From positions 1-18,003 of IMG/VR virus record IMGVR_UViG_3300009008_000004: 18,003 bases of DNA. One strand, given 5' to 3'. The notes under the pieces are model-generated. The model had not been told where the DNA came from. It saw only the letters and a program-made list of their open reading frames with translations, and ran no database searches. A program made the position numbers and the translations under genes. Positions within the stretch are counted from its first letter, which is position 1; every line of letters starts with the position of its first letter. Source of the DNA: a virus. Taxonomy: Duplodnaviria; Heunggongvirae; Uroviricota; Caudoviricetes. This document shows positions 1 through 7,727 of the stretch, piece by piece.

Positions 1-17
1 GGGCATAAGGAGTAACA

Positions 18-302
18 ATGACCAATAAGCTATATGTGATGGAGTACCTGGTAATCCGAGAAGGCATGGAACCCCGAGATTCCCATGTGCGGATTGAGCT
101 GCGAAAACATGCTCCCGACATACAATGGGCGGTAACCAGCTTCGGCGACTGCCTCAACAAAAAGACCCTTCAATGGGACCCGGAGCCTCGCCCTTCCGGT
201 AGAACAAAGGCATGGACAAAGGACCGTAGGTTTTCAACAGTAGAGGAGGCGCTCGCCTGCTTTGAGAAATGGGAGGAGAAGTATAAGAATGAAACAGCCT
301 AA
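18..302 (+). CDS. Hypothetical phage protein (94 aa)
   Basis: SD AAGGAG at 7-12 before ATG; protein-like composition; WAV..G.CL...W..EP.PS.R pattern recalls small phage proteins (not searched). Confidence 0.85.
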   Translation: MTNKLYVMEYLVIREGMEPRDSHVRIELRKHAPDIQWAVTSFGDCLNKKTLQWDPEPRPSGRTKAWTKDRRFSTVEEALACFEKWEEKYKNETA

Positions 303-876
303 GTTCAAAGAAGGTGATGTTGTTTGGTATGTATGGGGAGAATCCCCGCCGATCATTGTGCAGTGCACTGTGGTTGAGGTTATCGATCACTTCGTCAAAA
401 AGTATGGGGATGCCGGCCGCTATTTCTACACTATCGACGAACCAGTAGGACACGACGTGGGGACCGACGAGCTACACAAAGAGTTCCTCCGTGCCGCACG
501 AGAAGTGCTCCTCCGAAATATGGACAACGACGATGTTCGGGAAGAAGAGGGCCTGCCCCGCGAAGAAACTATCCTCGGACCCGCTTTCCTCAATGAGCGG
601 CGGCAGACTGCCATCGACTTCATCATAGGTACCTGGGCAGGCAAAGCTCCCCCTGACGCGGCCGAGAAGCTTGCCGAAGACCTTGCCCCCAAACGAAAGG
701 GCCATGAGTGGTTCGACGTCGAGGACGCTATTGCCTACCTCCGAGTAGAGGCGGAGAAGAATATGGGGAAAGAAGCGGCGGATAGCATCTTTGAGAACCT
801 AAAGGAGAGCCTTGAAGAGGGTATAACAGCCTTACAGGAAGGGAAGGAACTCGTAACCCGAGAGGTTGAAGAATGA
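289..876 (+). CDS. Hypothetical protein (195 aa), possible N-terminal SH3/KOW-like beta domain
   Basis: Start moved to ATG 289 (GGAGGAG at 272-278); PKFKEGDVVWYV start; ATGA coupling with next gene. Confidence 0.85.
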   Translation: MKQPKFKEGDVVWYVWGESPPIIVQCTVVEVIDHFVKKYGDAGRYFYTIDEPVGHDVGTDELHKEFLRAAREVLLRNMDNDDVREEEGLPREETILGPAFLNERRQTAIDFIIGTWAGKAPPDAAEKLAEDLAPKRKGHEWFDVEDAIAYLRVEAEKNMGKEAADSIFENLKESLEEGITALQEGKELVTREVEE

Positions 877-1205
877 TGTTTCACAAACCACTGACATTGG
901 AGACCGCGCCATACAACCCTGAGACCGACGAATACGAAGCACCCCGGACTTTCCAATTCTACGTCTCAGGAGAGACTTGGCTGGAATTCGAAGAACGGAT
1001 GCTTGAGCTGGACGGCTTCATCGATAACCTCGCCGAGAAGTACCACTGCACCTTAGACGCCAACTTCGGGGATGATGAGGCATGGGGGTTCACCTCGGAT
1101 GTGCCGTTCGAGGAAGGCAAGCAACTCTTGGGTGAACTGCGAGCAAAGATTGTGAGCGACAAATTCGGTTGCGGGCTGGTCCACGAACAAACGTTGGCCC
1201 CATAG
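873..1205 (+). CDS. Hypothetical acidic protein (110 aa)
   Basis: ATGA overlap with upstream stop; coherent composition. Confidence 0.8.
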   Translation: MMFHKPLTLETAPYNPETDEYEAPRTFQFYVSGETWLEFEERMLELDGFIDNLAEKYHCTLDANFGDDEAWGFTSDVPFEEGKQLLGELRAKIVSDKFGCGLVHEQTLAP

Positions 1206-1214
1206 GAGGCGACA

Positions 1215-1559
1215 GTGTTAGTCAAACATGCGACAAACCTGTACCTGCACCTCTACAATGGGAGGACACACCCAGACGAGGAGCTTGATGACTGGGGGAC
1301 CGAAGGACCGACCTTTGGTCCCTATGACTATGTGCAGACTACCTATGGCTGCCATGTGAAATGTGGTGGGGCGAAAATCGAGGACTCTTTTGAAGACTTC
1401 ATGATCCTCGAGGGAGAGTACCTTTATTACGACGGGATATATTACGGGGATTGGGCCGTCTTCAGCGCAACAAAAGATACGGGGGTAGCCACCCGCACCT
1501 ACTTCCGTAAGCACGCCAAACCACCACTTAAACCGACAAAGGAGGTAGGGAATGGATAG
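1215..1559 (+). CDS. Hypothetical protein (114 aa)
   Basis: GTG start with AGGAGG SD; YLHLYNGRTHPDEELDDWG.EGPTFGP motif-like segment. Confidence 0.85.
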   Translation: MLVKHATNLYLHLYNGRTHPDEELDDWGTEGPTFGPYDYVQTTYGCHVKCGGAKIEDSFEDFMILEGEYLYYDGIYYGDWAVFSATKDTGVATRTYFRKHAKPPLKPTKEVGNG

Positions 1560-2346
1560 CCCGTATAAGACCGTAGTCACCTGCCCCCGGTGCGGGAGGG
1601 TGGAAGAGATTGAGGGAATTGTCACCCCAACGCAAACGAGCACGCGGCAGATAGCCGCTGCGATTTACCACGGCGGGGGTGCTGGCAAAAAGAGCTCCCA
1701 ACAACTCGCTACAGGGAAGCCTGTGGCAGTTAGCGAGACTGTAAACGTCTGCGACGCCTGCGCCCAAATACTCACCATAGCAATCACCGCCTTTGTCGAG
1801 AAGATCCTGACGATCAAAGACGAGGTAACTGGCGGAGGTGCCGGGCGCATCAAGAAAATCGCAAACCAAGTAGACACCGATGCTATCTTAGCCGAAGCCG
1901 AGGAGGAGGCCAAAGAGACCCCGAAAGTACTGCCGTCCGCGCAACAAGACGTAGTTCCCGCCAAGATAGTAGTACAACGGATGGAATGCCACTGCTGCGA
2001 GAGCCCAGATGTAGTTGTTGGTGCCAAAACCCCCAACTGGGCCAATGGTCCTATCTCCCGCGGATTTAGCATTTGGGAAGGACACGTACGACTGTACGAA
2101 CACTACTTTGGTACGGGAGGGATCCAATCGTTTACAGCTACGCGACACGAAAGAACACTCGACCGCCTCATAGCCTATAAACTGGATAAGAGCGTTTTGA
2201 TACTCTACTGTGAGGAGTGTGAGGGAGAAAGCAGAAAAGTCAATGTACTCACCGCAGCAGGGGAGAGGCGAGATGGCCTGGAACTAGAGACTCTGGCAGA
2301 ACTGCTCACCACCGGCCTGCTCCGCATTCCAGCAAAGGGGTATTGA
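1552..2346 (+). CDS. Multi-zinc-finger hypothetical protein (264 aa)
   Basis: AAGGAGG SD; CPRC...CDAC and CHCC...CEEC pairs. Confidence 0.85.
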   Translation: MDSPYKTVVTCPRCGRVEEIEGIVTPTQTSTRQIAAAIYHGGGAGKKSSQQLATGKPVAVSETVNVCDACAQILTIAITAFVEKILTIKDEVTGGGAGRIKKIANQVDTDAILAEAEEEAKETPKVLPSAQQDVVPAKIVVQRMECHCCESPDVVVGAKTPNWANGPISRGFSIWEGHVRLYEHYFGTGGIQSFTATRHERTLDRLIAYKLDKSVLILYCEECEGESRKVNVLTAAGERRDGLELETLAELLTTGLLRIPAKGY

Positions 2347-2888
2347 TGAAAGCACGACTTATCCTAACCAAGAGGTGTACCCGCGGGTGTAGCTACTGCG
2401 TTACCCAGCACTCACCACTAATCAAAGAGGCTCGAACAATATCTTCCGCAGATGCCCTGCGGGACTACGAAGAGATAACCATCACAGGCGGGGAGCCCCT
2501 TCTTGAGGAGGACCGGCTCCTTCGTCTGCTGTACGACCTGCAGTTGCAGAAAAAGGAAGAGCGTAAGCTCTACCTTTACACCGCACGGTGGGTTCCGGGG
2601 ATTGGGAACTTCCTGATGTTCATGGATGGTATCACGTACACCCTCCATGCCGGGATGGCCAAGACAATGATGGGCCATTTCTACAACATACAGGTACACC
2701 TCGCGATGGTCGACTACCCCACAACCGGAGCACTGACCTCCCGCCGGCTCCGCATTATGGGGAACTTCTCTGAGCAGATCCTTGTGTACCCCAGTGCATG
2801 GACGGAGATAGCCAAAGTCCCGATAGCCAAACCTGAAGAATGCGAGCTCCCCGAGGGGGAAGAGCTACTCGTGTGGGAGGAAGAATGA
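2346..2888 (+). CDS. Radical SAM protein, short form (180 aa)
   Basis: CxxxCxxC (CTRGCSYC) near N-terminus, ITITGGEPLL motif, LYLYT strand; TGATG coupling. Confidence 0.9.
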   Translation: MKARLILTKRCTRGCSYCVTQHSPLIKEARTISSADALRDYEEITITGGEPLLEEDRLLRLLYDLQLQKKEERKLYLYTARWVPGIGNFLMFMDGITYTLHAGMAKTMMGHFYNIQVHLAMVDYPTTGALTSRRLRIMGNFSEQILVYPSAWTEIAKVPIAKPEECELPEGEELLVWEEE

Positions 2889-2944
2889 GAACTCAAGATA
2901 TATGGATCGGATCTACTGTGGTCCGCGAAATTGACGGAGGTTAG
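2885..2944 (+). CDS. Small ORF MRTQDIWIGSTVVREIDGG (19 aa)
   Basis: ATGA overlap with radical SAM stop, GGAGG upstream, ends 1 nt before next ATG. Confidence 0.45.
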   Translation: MRTQDIWIGSTVVREIDGG

Positions 2945-2945
2945 G

Positions 2946-3296
2946 ATGTACGAGTATGACACTGCGTTTGCCCGGAGTGAGCATCGGAAGGAGGTAGTCA
3001 GCATCATTCTGCTGGTGGTCCTTTTCTTCGCAATTATTGCGGGGGCGTGTGCCCTCACCGCCACCGGGTATCTGGTGGATGAGAAGAATGCAGTCAAGGC
3101 CGCGGAGATGCTCGGGATGACCGAAGTTGTCGTGATAGACCGCGCGAATGTCCTCGTAGGTATGCGCGGGTGTGGGGACCAGGATGCCGCCCGGTTTGAC
3201 GTTTCAGCGAAGAACCCAAAAGGCAGCCCCGTCACTTTCTCGGTCTGCTGCGGGTGGATGTTCAAAGGCTGTACCCTCCGTAGCCAACAATACTGA
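2946..3296 (+). CDS. Membrane-anchored protein with Cys-containing C-terminal domain (116 aa)
   Basis: GGAGG SD 2936-2940; hydrophobic VVSIILLVVLFFAIIAGACAL; C..D, NP.G, VCCGW.FKGCT.R C-terminus. Confidence 0.85.
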   Translation: MYEYDTAFARSEHRKEVVSIILLVVLFFAIIAGACALTATGYLVDEKNAVKAAEMLGMTEVVVIDRANVLVGMRGCGDQDAARFDVSAKNPKGSPVTFSVCCGWMFKGCTLRSQQY

Positions 3297-3304
3297 CCTC
3301 TGGC

Positions 3305-3313
3305 GGGTATAAG
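3305..3313 (+). promoter_or_regulatory. GGGTATAAG putative phage promoter element
   Basis: Intergenic; motif recurs at 5816, 7691, 8325 and 15208 ahead of + strand genes. Confidence 0.6.
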
Positions 3314-3370
3314 GGAAGTAACGACCGTCCTGAGTAGGACATAAAACTGCTCTTTTACAAAGGGGGAGAG

Positions 3371-3703
3371 ATGATTGGTGAGCGACTCCGCAGGTTAGGC
3401 CAAGAGTCGAAGGTGCGGGAACACCGACGACAACAGCGGGAATACCACGAAGCGCTCGGCCGGATGCGCTTCACTTGCCCCAAATGCGGGACCCCAAGTA
3501 TGTACATCAACTTGGTCGAACCCGACGAAAACTACGACCACAGGTTTCCATCGAGGAGGGAGAACTTTGTCTGCCTTCGGTGCAAGAAGGTTCTCTCTGT
3601 GAAGACCTACTACGATGCGTACGAGAATTACTACCTCCCAAAGCTTCAGGATGCAGCATTGTACCCGAAACTAGTGGACCCGAAAACAGCTGTCGATTTC
3701 TAA
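3371..3703 (+). CDS. Zinc-ribbon protein (110 aa)
   Basis: GGGGGAG SD; CPKC...CLRC. Confidence 0.85.
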   Translation: MIGERLRRLGQESKVREHRRQQREYHEALGRMRFTCPKCGTPSMYINLVEPDENYDHRFPSRRENFVCLRCKKVLSVKTYYDAYENYYLPKLQDAALYPKLVDPKTAVDF

Positions 3704-3715
3704 ATGGAGGAGACT

Positions 3716-4078
3716 ATGCTCTGGGGCAAAAAGAAGCGCAAACACATTACGGTCGAATTCTCCGGAAAGGCAGCCCTTCCCGGGGAAGAACGAGCCTTCT
3801 ACCATTTCGTAAATAGTCTCCACCTGGAGAACGCGACTACCGACTCAATGGGCAACATAACTGGGCGAGTCCCGAAATCCCTGGAACTGGTGCACCTCGA
3901 CTACGTTCTGGATGTAGTGGCCTTCTACCTGGCGTACCAAAGGACCCGTAACGACCTAACCCGGACTGCAACGGTGTCACTCGATCCCCCGGGCCAGTAT
4001 GTGGAAGTAAACCACCGGGGGACCGCTCTCATTGGCGAAGAGCGAGTACCGTACGACCCCGAGGAGAAACGCCGATGA
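3716..4078 (+). CDS. Hypothetical protein (120 aa)
   Basis: Start moved to ATG 3716, since GGAGGAG (3706-3712) acts as SD; ATGA coupling downstream. Confidence 0.8.
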   Translation: MLWGKKKRKHITVEFSGKAALPGEERAFYHFVNSLHLENATTDSMGNITGRVPKSLELVHLDYVLDVVAFYLAYQRTRNDLTRTATVSLDPPGQYVEVNHRGTALIGEERVPYDPEEKRR

Positions 4079-4317
4079 AACTAACCGAACAAGAGCTTAA
4101 CCTCCACCCCCTCCTTGGGAGGCAAGTGCTTCTCTCCGAGAAGGCACTTAAGGAAGACAACCCCGTGCTAACCGAGGAGATCGGAGCAGAACGTGTGGGG
4201 ACTGTCCTTGCATGTATCTCGTACCCCGACCGTTATTGGTTGGTCGTCGTCTGGCAAGGTCTGGAGCACAACAGATTGCACAGCGAAGAAAGTTTGTTAC
4301 GCTTACCGGTTATTTAG
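4075..4317 (+). CDS. Hypothetical protein (80 aa), possible SH3-like fold
   Basis: ATGA overlap, GAGGAG SD; GRQV...GTV...YWLVVVW pattern. Confidence 0.8.
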   Translation: MKLTEQELNLHPLLGRQVLLSEKALKEDNPVLTEEIGAERVGTVLACISYPDRYWLVVVWQGLEHNRLHSEESLLRLPVI

Positions 4318-4325
4318 GAGCAAAG

Positions 4326-4691
4326 ATGTCCCTTAACGAATCCATCGAGAAACTGGGCGGACGCGACCTCTTCGTCGAAGACATCCTCGAGTACCTGCAA
4401 GAGGCCATTGATGGCGGGTACTCCAAGACACACTCCATTGCCTTCGGTTGGCACCCGAAGGATGGCATGATTGAGATGCGCGGGAGGAAGACACAGGATG
4501 TCTTACTTCGCGTGACAAAGACAAACGGCCTTACCCGTATGGCTTTGTGCCGGCAAAGGGACCAAGAAGACGAAGGCTACTTGGTCCAACTCTTCTGGTT
4601 TTCCCCTTTGCTCCGGCAATTCAACGAGACCCGCATCTATGAGATGCCGTTGAGCGATAACACCTACCTGGAGTTCCCAGGCGCACTATAA
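4326..4691 (+). CDS. Hypothetical protein (121 aa)
   Basis: TAGGAG SD directly after upstream stop; start moved from 4212. Confidence 0.8.
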   Translation: MSLNESIEKLGGRDLFVEDILEYLQEAIDGGYSKTHSIAFGWHPKDGMIEMRGRKTQDVLLRVTKTNGLTRMALCRQRDQEDEGYLVQLFWFSPLLRQFNETRIYEMPLSDNTYLEFPGAL

Positions 4692-4732
4692 CGACAAAGG
4701 CCGCGGCGGTCCCGCAGTATGGAGGCTATAAA

Positions 4733-5080
4733 GTGGGCGAAGACATTCAAATCGAAATATCCCCCGGAGCTATCGACATTGAGTGGGCTATTGCCCACCG
4801 TAAAGAAGACGGCCTGCTCATTATTGAGCTCGGTACTGTGCAGAAATACCCGCAGGTAGTTTGCTACTCCTGCTCCAGCTTCTACCTCGGAGCAGGAGAA
4901 AACACTACCCAGGTGGACGCGTCAAAGCGCGAAGAACTCACGAGAATCCGAGCAGTGGGCTTGGTAGATGACGGGGTGTGGTCCGTACAAGCCGAAACCG
5001 GTAGGTACGGAGCCACTGCTGTTTTCTTCAGGCATTTGGAAGAACCCGAAATGCTATGGGAGAAGGAGGAAGAATGCTGA
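4733..5080 (+). CDS. Hypothetical protein (115 aa)
   Basis: GTG start, GGAGG SD. Confidence 0.75.
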   Translation: MGEDIQIEISPGAIDIEWAIAHRKEDGLLIIELGTVQKYPQVVCYSCSSFYLGAGENTTQVDASKREELTRIRAVGLVDDGVWSVQAETGRYGATAVFFRHLEEPEMLWEKEEEC

Positions 5081-5814
5081 TCCGTATCACCAACAAATGC
5101 AGCATGGGGTGTTCCCATTGCTGTGTAGATGCTACCCCGGAAGGGGAGCATATGGCCGAAGAGACCTTTCGCAAAGCCTTGGAGCTTTCGAAATCCGTAG
5201 GACCACGGATTGCAGCTGTCAGCGGGGGAGAGCCCACAGAACACCCAGACATCATCCGGTTTCTCGAGATAGCTGAAGAGACGGGAGTCCCCACACTACT
5301 CCTCAGCAATGGGATGTTCCTCGCAGACAAAGACTTCGCCGATGATATCATCCGCAAAACCAGGGCGGTCCAGATCACCAACGACCCGCGGTATTACCCG
5401 CAACCGCTGCCCGAAGAGGCGGAAGAATATCGCAATGAGATAAATGTTGCGTTTGAGGACACCATCCGGCTTATCAGCCCCACAGGCCGAGCAAAAGACG
5501 GCGCGTTCCCGACCCAGCAACGGCAGTCCCCCCACTGCTTCAACATCCGCAGCATGACTATGAACACCCACAGCCTCAATCTCGCTATGCTCGCCCTCCT
5601 GAACCATGGGTACTTCTGCTGCCCCTCGGTGAATATCGACGGGACTGTTGTAGCCGGCGAGCTACCGATATGCTACCCGCTTGGTACAGTCGATGACGAT
5701 GACCTGGCTCTTTCGACCAAGATGCGTACCATGGCCTGTAACAAATGCGGGCTCTACGACGGCATCGACCAGGAGCTGCGGCTCGCAGTAGGAGAGTCAA
5801 GAATCATCCTGTAG
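5074..5814 (+). CDS. Radical SAM protein with Cys-rich C-terminus, SPASM/Twitch-like (246 aa)
   Basis: CSMGCSHC motif, SGGEPTEHP, LLSNG; C-terminal CF, CCP, C, CNKC cysteines. Confidence 0.92.
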   Translation: MLIRITNKCSMGCSHCCVDATPEGEHMAEETFRKALELSKSVGPRIAAVSGGEPTEHPDIIRFLEIAEETGVPTLLLSNGMFLADKDFADDIIRKTRAVQITNDPRYYPQPLPEEAEEYRNEINVAFEDTIRLISPTGRAKDGAFPTQQRQSPHCFNIRSMTMNTHSLNLAMLALLNHGYFCCPSVNIDGTVVAGELPICYPLGTVDDDDLALSTKMRTMACNKCGLYDGIDQELRLAVGESRIIL

Positions 5815-5815
5815 T

Positions 5816-5823
5816 GGTATAAG
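5816..5823 (+). promoter_or_regulatory. GGTATAAG putative phage promoter upstream of the sigma-factor gene cluster
   Basis: Lies in the 31-nt gap ahead of SD GGAGG and ATG 5846. Confidence 0.6.
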
Positions 5824-5845
5824 AGGCCAAAGGAGGGAGGTATTT

Positions 5846-6100
5846 ATGCGCGAAGTTATTTATACATGTGACCGCTGTGGGAAGCAAGAGCTGTTGCCCC
5901 CCGACAAGGAGAGCAAGTCGGAAATCAGGGAAGCGTATATCATTGACTATACGTACGTCCACAAGAACCAACGATTCCCCGAACACCCTGTGGAGCTCTG
6001 CCAGGAATGCCGTGCCGGCTTGTACGCGGCTGTCCACAAAGTCGTGGGAGCTTATCTGCGAGCGCCGGCGGCAGAAACAGAAGAGGAGAAAGAATCATGA
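5846..6100 (+). CDS. Small zinc-finger protein (84 aa)
   Basis: CDRC...ELCQEC; GGAGG SD. Confidence 0.85.
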   Translation: MREVIYTCDRCGKQELLPPDKESKSEIREAYIIDYTYVHKNQRFPEHPVELCQECRAGLYAAVHKVVGAYLRAPAAETEEEKES

Positions 6101-6354
6101 TGCTTTGGATTGCCATCATCATCCTCGCCGTAGTGGGCGTGATAGTCCTTACATGGGCCTCGTACAGAGCCGGGCGGGGTGACGCAATCAACAGGATACA
6201 GTGCTGCTACTGCGGGGAGACCGCCCACCACAAAGAGTTGAAGCAAGAGCCGCCGGTATACGCCTGTGGGAACTGCTCGCTAACCTTCTTCATCCACGCG
6301 AAACCCCGGGTAATCCCGGCAAAGGAGACGGAGGATGACGAGCCAGCAACTTGA
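6097..6354 (+). CDS. Membrane-anchored zinc-ribbon protein (85 aa)
   Basis: ATGA overlap; N-terminal hydrophobic helix; CCYC...CGNC. Confidence 0.8.
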   Translation: MMLWIAIIILAVVGVIVLTWASYRAGRGDAINRIQCCYCGETAHHKELKQEPPVYACGNCSLTFFIHAKPRVIPAKETEDDEPAT

Positions 6355-6925
6355 GGAAGCAACGCTCTTCAACAGGTACAAAGAGGGGGATGTGAAGGCA
6401 GGCCACGAGCTGGTTATGCAGCACCTTCCTCTCTGGTACTCCACTGCGCAGAAGTACGCGTTCCTTTGGAACAACGACAAAGAGGAGACCCTCCAGCAAG
6501 GAGTACTCAATGCACTAGCGACACTGGAGAGCCCCTTCGATCCCACAAAAGGTGGGCGTTTCACACACTACGCTGTCTTACGCATGCGTGGTGTCTTCAC
6601 GAATGAATTGAAGAAGCGTAAGACCAACGGGGCCCTGGAAACTCCCGTGATACAAAGTGACATTCTCGATGAGGTTGCAGCAGACCCGCGGCCCAATCCC
6701 GAGAAAGTAGCCCTGCGCCGATCGGAGGTGGCCCAAATGGAAAAGGTGGTAGCCGCGCTGCCTGAGAAGGAACGTGAGGTTATCCGCCGCCGGTGGTTAG
6801 CAGGTCCCGAAGTAGTACCTTTCCGGGAGGTAAGTGCGCACATCGGGGTTTCGATTGGGCGTACCAAACAGCTCGAGCAAGCAGCACTCGAGGGAATCCG
6901 CAGGAACCTATGGAGCAACACATGA
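6335..6925 (+). CDS. RNA polymerase sigma-70 family factor (regions 2 and 4; FliA/WhiG/SigF-like group 3)
   Basis: ELVMQHLPL...AQKY (2.1), QQG...FDPTKGGRFTHYAVLRMRG (2.2-2.4), LPEKEREVI...FREVSAHIGVSIGRTKQLEQAAL (region 4 HTH). Confidence 0.9.
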   Translation: MTSQQLEEATLFNRYKEGDVKAGHELVMQHLPLWYSTAQKYAFLWNNDKEETLQQGVLNALATLESPFDPTKGGRFTHYAVLRMRGVFTNELKKRKTNGALETPVIQSDILDEVAADPRPNPEKVALRRSEVAQMEKVVAALPEKEREVIRRRWLAGPEVVPFREVSAHIGVSIGRTKQLEQAALEGIRRNLWSNT

Positions 6926-7410
6926 CAGATAAGATCAAGATCAAGGAATTTCAGGATTGGGGGGAGGAGGAGGTGGCCTATGTGTTACTGGGAATGTACA
7001 CTACGCTCGCACTCCAGGGTATCCTCGTTACCGGAAAAGAGGGAGAATCCCCTCTGGGGCTCCACATGATATCTGTGGTCACCGACAACTCCAACGGGGA
7101 GCAAGAAGTCGAACGGTTGACTGGGGAGCGTCGAAAAGAGGTCTCTTCTTTCGTCGTAGCGATCAACAAGCTTCTCATGGAAGTGGCCAAAGAAGCTATG
7201 GTGGATAGCGGCGTCACTGAACACACGGATATGGACAGCCCCGACGAAGTCGGAGCACGGTCTTTCCGCTTCGGGAACTACTTGGTTGATCTCTTGATGA
7301 ACAAAGTAGCCCCACGCCTTGACCAGCAACTCCGAGAGGATGGCTTCCCCATCGACAAGATCGAAGAAGAGGCAACCGGCAATAGCTGGCAAGCCTGGAA
7401 GAAAGGCTAA
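6922..7410 (+). CDS. Hypothetical protein (162 aa)
   Basis: ATGA overlap with sigma stop, GGAG SD; start moved from 6793. Confidence 0.8.
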   Translation: MTDKIKIKEFQDWGEEEVAYVLLGMYTTLALQGILVTGKEGESPLGLHMISVVTDNSNGEQEVERLTGERRKEVSSFVVAINKLLMEVAKEAMVDSGVTEHTDMDSPDEVGARSFRFGNYLVDLLMNKVAPRLDQQLREDGFPIDKIEEEATGNSWQAWKKG

Positions 7411-7456
7411 TGACCTCCGCCGCCGGGAAGGGGTAAGTCTTACACAGTAAGGCGAA

Positions 7457-7485
7457 TTCACATATACCGCCCGCACTACTAAATT
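7457..7485 (+). promoter_or_regulatory. Sigma70-type promoter TTCACA-N17-TAAATT
   Basis: -35 5/6 match (7457-7462), 17-nt spacer, -10 TAnnnT (7480-7485), perfect SD 13 nt downstream. Confidence 0.55.
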
Positions 7486-7514
7486 AGTGGGACTCTACAA
7501 AGGAGGTGGCATCC

Positions 7515-7538
7515 ATGGTGATGATCCGCGGACCTTAA
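7515..7538 (+). CDS. Minigene MVMIRGP (7 aa)
   Basis: AAAGGAGGTG SD at 7499-7508, 6 nt before ATG. Confidence 0.45.
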   Translation: MVMIRGP

Positions 7539-7578
7539 GAATCGGTATAACTTTAGTGAAAATGAATATTGCGCTGCG

Positions 7579-7674
7579 ATGAAGTACACTCTTAGGCTCG
7601 GCCCCCTCCCTCAACCCGGCGTTGTGAGGGGGCGCGAGTTTCTGCGAAACCTCACGGTTCTTTACCTACTATAG
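7579..7674 (+). CDS. Possible small ORF (31 aa) overlapping a structured RNA segment
   Basis: ATGA-coupled to the 6-codon ORF MNIALR (7562-7582); no own SD. Confidence 0.25.
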   Translation: MKYTLRLGPLPQPGVVRGREFLRNLTVLYLL

Positions 7675-7690
7675 AAACACCTGCTACGCC

Positions 7691-7703
7691 GGGTATAAGA
7701 ATA
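7691..7703 (+). promoter_or_regulatory. GGGTATAAGAATA putative phage promoter
   Basis: 13-nt identity with 8325-8337; precedes GAGGAGG SD and ATG 7728. Confidence 0.65.
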
Positions 7704-7727
7704 GTAACCAAAGATGAGGAGGATACT

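Noticed and set aside
2946-3070. Lipoprotein signal (IAGAC)
   Set aside because: The -3/-2 residues do not fit the lipobox, and the N-region is long; better read as a transmembrane anchor
2714-3265. Long antisense ORFs (e.g. 2714-3265, 6985-7476, 15990-16700, 16379-16903)
   Set aside because: Antisense shadows of well-supported genes, lacking SD motifs and with atypical composition
3327-3341. GTCCT-GAGT-AGGAC hairpin; TCCTGAGTAGGACA recalls the rrnB terminator region or a hammerhead core
   Set aside because: Only 14 nt of similarity, no CUGAUGA/GAAA core and no flanking vector or rRNA sequence; treated as a small leader hairpin
7410-7436. TAATG-coupled 8-codon ORF MTSAAGKG
   Set aside because: No dedicated SD or distinguishing feature; expected by chance
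7411-7727. tmRNA, tRNA or other known ncRNA in the 317-nt gap (NIALR / ENEYCAA loosely resemble ssrA tags)
   Set aside because: No GGGG...TTCGAC 5' arm, no T-arm GTTCGA and no CCA end; the resemblance is limited to a few residues
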